Position numbers and translations under genes: made by a program. A stretch of 64,000 bases of DNA from Phoronis australis (Eukaryota; Animalia; Phoronida): the NCBI GenBank assembly GCA_002633005.1, contig NMRA01000658.1:62001-126000 (forward strand). The letters are read 5' to 3'. The notes beneath the pieces are model-generated. The model was not told where the DNA came from, did no database searches, and saw only the letters and a list, made by a program, of their open reading frames with translations. Positions 57,683 through 64,000 of this stretch are shown piece by piece; positions within the stretch are counted from its first letter, which is position 1; each line of letters starts with the position of its first letter.

Positions 57683-59649
57683 CTGAAAAATGTAAACCAT
57701 CAAATGTTGACTGGATTAACAGCAGACAAAATACTGATCAGTGAATATAGCCAATAAATGAATTTCAAAACAGCTGTGCCACATTGAATTTCACCAACCT
57801 GCCAGATGGCCATCAGGTTTTTGGTAGAGCATTCAAAGCCTGATGTACATTCTGGAAATGAAATAACTATATTCTGGAGCTAAATAATAATTATATTATA
57901 GGCGGAAATATATAAAACAATAAATTTTATGACATGATAATTGTTATTTATAAATTCTTTGTTATTATCATTCCATCATAGTAAGAAGAATCACGCAGCC
58001 CAACAGTCCAAAATAAGTTGGCGACTTTTTTTTTGATTTTGGTTGTTTTTGAGGAGTGTTGCTGTAAGCCTTTCAATAAATTCACCTTAGAAGAAACCAA
58101 TAAATCTGTCCAGATAGAATAGGCATGGTACGAGATGAGGTAAATGTTTGTGTATGCATTTAGTGGGCAGTTAACACTGTAATGTGATTGATTGTGTATG
58201 CATTTAGTGGGCAGTTAACACTGTAATGTGATTGAAATGAATTAATTTAAACCCTTACACAATTTTGAAACATTTCGTCTTCTGTCATTGAATTTATTCC
58301 AGCAGATGATCCGAAGCCTGTATCAGTGGGGTGTATCCCAACATAACCCTGGTCAGTCACTGAAGAGGAATCCCTGCCCAGTTTCTTCAATTTAGGGGAG
58401 ATCCCTCCCCCCAGAACTTCACCACGCACTTTGAAAGTGACACTAAGCACTACCTGTGGGATTGACTTCAAAGTGGGTTACCACTTTTTCAAAAGGCTGG
58501 TTAGGCCGCGGTTTCTCTTAATTTTCATTTCAATATACCTTTAAGTGTTTACGTCACTGTAGAGAATTATGAATGGGTCATGCATTGGAGAAAAAAATTA
58601 ATTTGAAAGTACTCAAATTAATTTCACCGAGTGTCTAGGACTCAATGTTGAAAGATCCTAGCATCAACCATGGCAGATGATATGATATTATTATGTGTGT
58701 AAGTCATCATTGCAGACTCTGGTTCTGTGTATTCACAGTGTAACTGCCCTATAAAGCATATGTGGTCACATGACAGGAACTAGTAGAATTTACAAGTCTG
58801 AGAAGATTGATGCCCTGACTGGGGCTCGAACCCAACTGAGGCACCGGGACAAGCAGCCGAACACACAACAATCAGACTTTGAAAGAGTTCGTATCCACAC
58901 TGTCAGATTTTTTATTTTTTAAATATGAGCACAGCCCCAGAAAAATCATTTTCACATTACACCCATGTTCTCATTCATTCTCTTGCATACACTCACTAGT
59001 AAGACTGATCTCACAGGAGTAGGAGCCACTTTTGTGCAATGCTCGATTGTCTGCCAATAAAGCCAGGACTCAAACTCACAGTCTCCTCCAGTGTCAGATA
59101 TTTGCAATAAATAATGATCGTCATAGGGCTTGAGCCGAGGTCTGGGTCGCAATCCGTTCAGGCTTTGTAATTACACTGTCACATCATGTGACCACATACC
59201 AGACAGTACGACTCAGCAGGGATCGTACCCTATGCATAATATAATTATTTCCCACAAAAATCAATACCTATGTTGTCATTTAATTTCTTTTTTTCAAGGC
59301 TAAGTTCCTTGCCGCAAATACTAGAAACCTTACCAAGCGCTATTTGATGACATCTACAATGCACAAAACCAAGCTAAAAATAGACTACAATTTCCATTTT
59401 TCTTGAGAAATTTGACCAAAAATTCACTCGTTCACTTTTGTCTGCCACATGTGTACAAAATAGGTGAAGAATTGTCACATTCTTGTTTATTAGCTAGTCA
59501 TAATAAACCTGCACACATTCTGTAGACACAAGAAACTCGTGAAAATGCAAGATTCCACAAGATACGTGATCACACCAGTTTCTTTTATGAGATTCTTGTG
59601 CCTGTGGAACTCAGCACAGGTCTTTGTCATAAAATGGCAAGTGACCTAC

Positions 59650-59741
59650 ATATCTGTCTGGTGCTCCAGCAATTTCTCGTCTATATCAGCAGGATGTAGT
59701 AATGCCATCTGGTCTATTGACCAACGGAAGTTTTTTGTACT
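59650..59741 (-). CDS. BORA: Protein aurora borealis, coding exon 2
   Basis: ttgcAG acceptor, GTAGGT donor. KNFRWSIDQMALLHPADIDE is the hallmark Bora N-terminal motif (FRWSIDQLAxxxPxxID). Confidence 0.95.
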
Positions 59742-59966
59742 CTGCAACAAAACGGTAGAATAGTTTTGGTAACCAGACACAATGGTTAGCAGTTTAACAA
59801 CTCTCAGCAGACAGCATTTGATTTCATAAAGCAGCCTTTTTCGAAACGTGACACGGATACCAGCAGTTATTAACTTTTGAATACCCAACATTAGTTGCAA
59901 GTGAAAACGAAAGGATGCATGGACGACATGAGAGACGCAGCATTCATTCATTGAAGCAGTGTTTAC

Positions 59967-60353
59967 CTTATCTCCACTACTTGGCGTGGATATCTTTGAG
60001 AACACACTGGGACTAAAGGTCGCTACATGCAGGCGACTCAACATGAATTTCTCAAACGGATTTGACACTGTGCTGGACAGCTCTTCTATTCGACTGGGAG
60101 TGTCCGGAACTGTAGTGTCCGGCACGGGCGTAGACGCCTTACATGGAGTCTGCACACTCATGTTGCACGACTGGTCTGCCGCGGCTATCTTCATTGGGCT
60201 ACCGCTGCCAGCCATATATGTGTCCTTCTGGTTGAGTCCGTTATCCGAGTTGTGGTTCAGCCGATACAGCTTAGTGAAAACATTGGACTTTCCTGGTGTT
60301 CTGAACAATGGACTCATCTCAGGCCCTTGACCCATTTCTGTTGTTCCACTCAT
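59967..60353 (-). CDS. BORA: Protein aurora borealis, first major coding exon
   Basis: ATG at 60353, GTAAAC donor at 59966, 129 codons. Ends NPFE...FSPSVFSKISTPS, matching Bora NPFE...SPSVF. Confidence 0.9.
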
Positions 60354-60629
60354 CACTGTGGCCTAGCTATGAAATAAAACAGGAGTGCTCAATTTAAGCA
60401 AACTTATATCTGTTGCATATCTGCCAATGAAAATAAAAATTGTGCTTCTGTCTTCACAATATGGTGTTATCCTAACAAAATCTGTACAGGCAAAAAACTC
60501 ATAAAATATGCACTTGGCATGATCTGGTACCAAGTAACCCTCGATCAGTTTAAATTCACCGTGAAGTCGAAAATGAGAATCATTCAGGAACCATTGAAAA
60601 ACAAAGCTGTCTTAGTATTTGGAGCTTGT

Positions 60630-60791
60630 TTGACTGTAAGACTTACGTTTACACGTACATAACAACGAACATGCAATATCCGATTGACTGTAAGGCTTAA
60701 GTTTACACGCACATAATGACGAACATGCAATATCCGATTGACTGTAAGACTTAGGTTTACATGTGCATAACAACCAACATGCAATATCCGA
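60630..60791. repeat. Minisatellite, 54-bp unit x3
   Basis: TTGACTGTAAGACTTACGTTTACACGTACATAACAACGAACATGCAATATCCGA repeated with minor changes. Confidence 0.9.
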
Positions 60792-60945
60792 AGTAAAACT
60801 GAAATACATTAAAGATGTTCAGACAATTGGCGAATATATTGAAAACAATTAAAGCCATTGGGGAAAAACTAAGGAAACTAAGGACCCTGGCCCCTAAGTT
60901 GGCGGCAGCGAAGGCGATGTCCAGGCAAAAACTGATGACTGTTTT

Positions 60946-63178
60946 GGGTCATTCCACATTAAATCACCCAGAGGGTGTCAGGTCACCATCTCAGAATTGG
61001 ATGAAAATTTACTGAGGTGTTAATCATAGTACATAATGATTACCTGCAAAATTTCTTTCACGTAAGTCAAAGGGTCTCCGAGATATAGCCCTTCAAAATA
61101 TTGGGTGCCACGCCCATTTTTGACCTCGCGAATTGAAACTGTGATTTTTTTCAGATTTTGGAGGTCTGTCACTTCAAAATAAAGCATTGCATTGTTCTGA
61201 AAATGCTTGTATGGATTAACTGGATACCAGGCTGTCAGAATCAATCACCAGAGTTCACTTGGCTAATGTCATACCTGAACTGAGGGGGCCCCAAATGCCA
61301 AAAAACTGTGATCGCGAATCCCGAATTCGATTTTTGATTGGCTCCAGAATGTTAAATAAAAGAAATTAAAGCACTTAAACAGTCAATAAGTATATTCCTT
61401 GTTACTGTTAACTGTAATGATTTTCAGGCTCAGGTTATAGAATTTATTCCAAAAGACAATGTCATATTGGTTGCAAAGTTTACTTAAATTTTGTCAGGGG
61501 CTTTGATGGGGTCATAGGGTCACAACCAACAAAACTCCTTATAAGGAAAAAACGAAAGCTTCACGTGAGAAATGCACACGTAACAGCCAATACGATTCAT
61601 CATCCTGAAAATAGCAACCAATAAGAAGTGTCAAAAGCATTTCCATTCAAAAACAATAGCATCATTTTCTCTTAGTGTCATTCCACATCATGTCAGGCAG
61701 TCAGGCTAGTGTTGAAGATCACTCCTGTTCCAACACAGTCACTAAAAGCATGCCAAGTCCATGTAAGATTGGCATTCGCCTCGACAGTCCTTGTTATAAA
61801 ATATATTTGAACCGACAACAAGGTGTCATTCTTATAAAAGACCTTGATCAAGAAAAAAAGGAAACTTCTGTCCTGGAGAACTGGATTGTCACTTTTTGAT
61901 GAAGATTAACTTTGTATGCATCATGAAAAACAGTTTTTAACTTGCTATGAAAGTACCTAGAGATGTTGTGCGGATCTTTTCTTGTGTCACACAAAGGACA
62001 TTACAAGTAATTCTCACTCACTGCATGGATCAAAGTGCTTCAAGGATTACTGAGCTTTAATGTAGGCTTTAAAAATATATCTGACATGGTTTTGTCTTGT
62101 ATTGTGAGAATGTTCTTCTCAAGTTTTAAAATTTAGACTACTAAAATGGTTCTTAAAATACCAAAATCATCAGTTTTCACAATTTATGCCCAGGCAAAGA
62201 TGCTCTGGAAGACCATCTGACAGTGACCTTGAATTTGACGACATGATTAGTTATAAGCAGTGGACGCAAATGGACTCTACTCTCGGATCAGGAGTTTTGT
62301 TGGTTGTGACCCTATGACCCCATCAAAGCCCTGACAAAATTTAAGTAAACTTTGCAACCAATATGACATTGTCTTTTGGAATAAATTCTATAACCTGAGC
62401 CTGAAAATCATTACTTCTATCAATATTATGAACTTGCTGCCATTGCGGATGAGAAAATTTTATGAAAACCCTCGATTTAAGAGTCCTTAAACCATGAAGG
62501 AGTTTTAAACACAATTTTTTTTTGGTTTCATAATCTTCATACATGTTTCATTATGTGAGAAAAAAATCAATATCATTGTAAACTGCAGACATTGTTTTTT
62601 TGGGTGCCAAAAATGGCTGAAGAAATGCATTACTTAACTGAAACTGATTTTTAGTGCCACATAGCTTCAACATTGACCACCAAAATAAGTTGTTTATTAC
62701 TTTTTATAGTTAACAGTAACAAGGAATATACTTATTGACTGTTAAAGTGTTTTAATTTCTTTTATTTAACATTCTGGAGCCAATCAAAAATCGCATTCGG
62801 AATTCGCGATCACAGTTCTTTTGGCATTTGGGGCCCCCTCAGTTCAGATGTGACATTAGCCAAGTGAACTCTGGTGATTGATTCTGACAGCCTGGTATCC
62901 AGTTAATCCATACAAGCATTTTCAGAACAATGCAATGCTTAATTTTGAAGTGACAGACCTCCAAAATCTGAAAAAATCACAGTTTCAATTTGCGAGGTCA
63001 AAAATGGGCGTGGCACCCAATATTTTGAAGGGCTATATCTCGGAGACCCTTTGACTTACGTGCAAAATTTTTTGCAGGTATTCATTGTGTACTATGATTA
63101 ACATCTCAGTAAATTTTCATCCAATTCTGAGACGGTGACCTGACACCCTCTGGGTGATTTCATGTGGTTAAAATGACC
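60946..63178. mobile_element. Internally deleted long-TIR DNA transposon (Sola2-like)
   Basis: 60946-61415 is the reverse complement of 62708-63178, and 61417-61540 of 62290-62412. Starts GGGTCATTCCA (GRG-type end). Internal + strand remnant MPSPCKIG..CYK..L.RTG...LCMHHEKQFL..YE...CCAD (about 61750-62000). Confidence 0.75.
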
Positions 63179-63809
63179 AATTTTTACTGGTGGTAGAGAC
63201 AAGCAAACTTTTATCAAGTGGACACATAAAATCACTTGGAATTTAATTACATTTCTATTGGAGTCTCCTAAATTACAATTAACTGGCTAACAAAACCCTA
63301 GAATTTTCATATCATGCTGTTGTCAGTAGAAAAATCTCTACCAATCTTCTTAATCATCCTTTGAGCAGTTTTACACATAGAGAGATTGACTTCAGCCAAG
63401 ACCATCCAAAATAATAACATACACCTAAAATTCCTGAGACAACCTAACAAAACCATGGAAATGAAATTGCCCAACCAAGCAGGCTGACTCATTGCTACAC
63501 ACATTTGGCAATAGATGTCACTGCACAGCTGATAGCTCTTCAAATATAGAGATAGATTTGCTCATTTTTGCAAGCAGAAAAGTTTTCCGAGTTCATGGTA
63601 CTTCCGTCCGATTCAGAAGCTACCCTACCTGTGTCGGTATAATGCACTGTTATCTCCGACTGATTCTAAATAAAAATACGATTTTTTACTGTTGTTCAGA
63701 AGATTTGAATAATAGCTTCAGTTTATGACAGTACGTGAGCAGGTGAAAGGTAAGGTGAGAATTCGGGGATTTCGGACGCTGTCGCTTGTCTGCTCGTAAA
63801 CAAACTTAC

Positions 63810-63830
63810 CCCTTGAATATGGTGCTGCAT
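63810..63830 (-). other. Candidate upstream (5' UTR or short coding MQHHIQG) exon of Bora
   Basis: Strong donor AAGGG|GTAAGT at 63810/63809. If spliced to the acceptor ctAG|GCC at 60362, it is in frame with the Bora ORF. Confidence 0.35.
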
Positions 63831-64000
63831 TAATTTGGTGCTGTTAGTGTTGTCTTATGAAAAAATAAAGTTTCACTAATGCGCACCTCAGCCCAAAATA
63901 GGGGGCTCGAAGTTTTCAGTATGTGGACCTTTTACAGAAATAAACGGCGATTAAAAAAAAACCCGTTTACTACGTTCAGACCTGTGAATCGTGCATTGTC

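Noticed and set aside
58247-58480. Possible SINE or hammerhead ribozyme (CTGAAGAG motif)
   Set aside because: Could not find the paired stems and GAAA core required for a hammerhead, nor A/B boxes.

Overview
Eukaryotic (animal, most likely marine-invertebrate-type) genomic DNA, repeat-rich, with one assembly gap (13165-13660). It is not prokaryotic: there are spliced genes and no operons, rRNA, tRNA or CRISPR. Host genes: (i) an intronless Tctex-1-domain dynein light chain-like gene (6397-6897 +), head-to-head with a small Lys/Ser-rich ORF (5995-6207 -); (ii) an intronless class A GPCR (18846-19865 +); (iii) a Protein aurora borealis (Bora) gene on the minus strand, rebuilt here by hand from 9 phase-compatible GT-AG exons (60353 to 36801, 731 aa). 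Most of the rest is transposon-derived. This includes an intact, very compact Ty3/Gypsy element with identical 113-bp LTRs inside a Bora intron (47682-51754), a decayed full-length Gypsy with LTRs and TSD (26578-30863), and two broken Gypsy elements flanking the gap. It also includes two inverted copies of a THAP+SWIM (ISL2EU-like) element, a 6.2-kb Kolobok-like element with THAP and P2X7-C-terminal-like remnants and a nested Academ-like remnant, a Sola2-like long-TIR element, Helentron-associated (HINE-like) elements whose repeat units carry CTCF-like motifs, MITEs, long hairpins and minisatellites. I found no unambiguous wholly new system. The best leads are the basic micro-ORF/Tctex1 divergent pair, the CTCF-motif arrays and the young intronic retrotransposon. 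TE superfamily assignments are from remembered motifs and termini, not from database searches.
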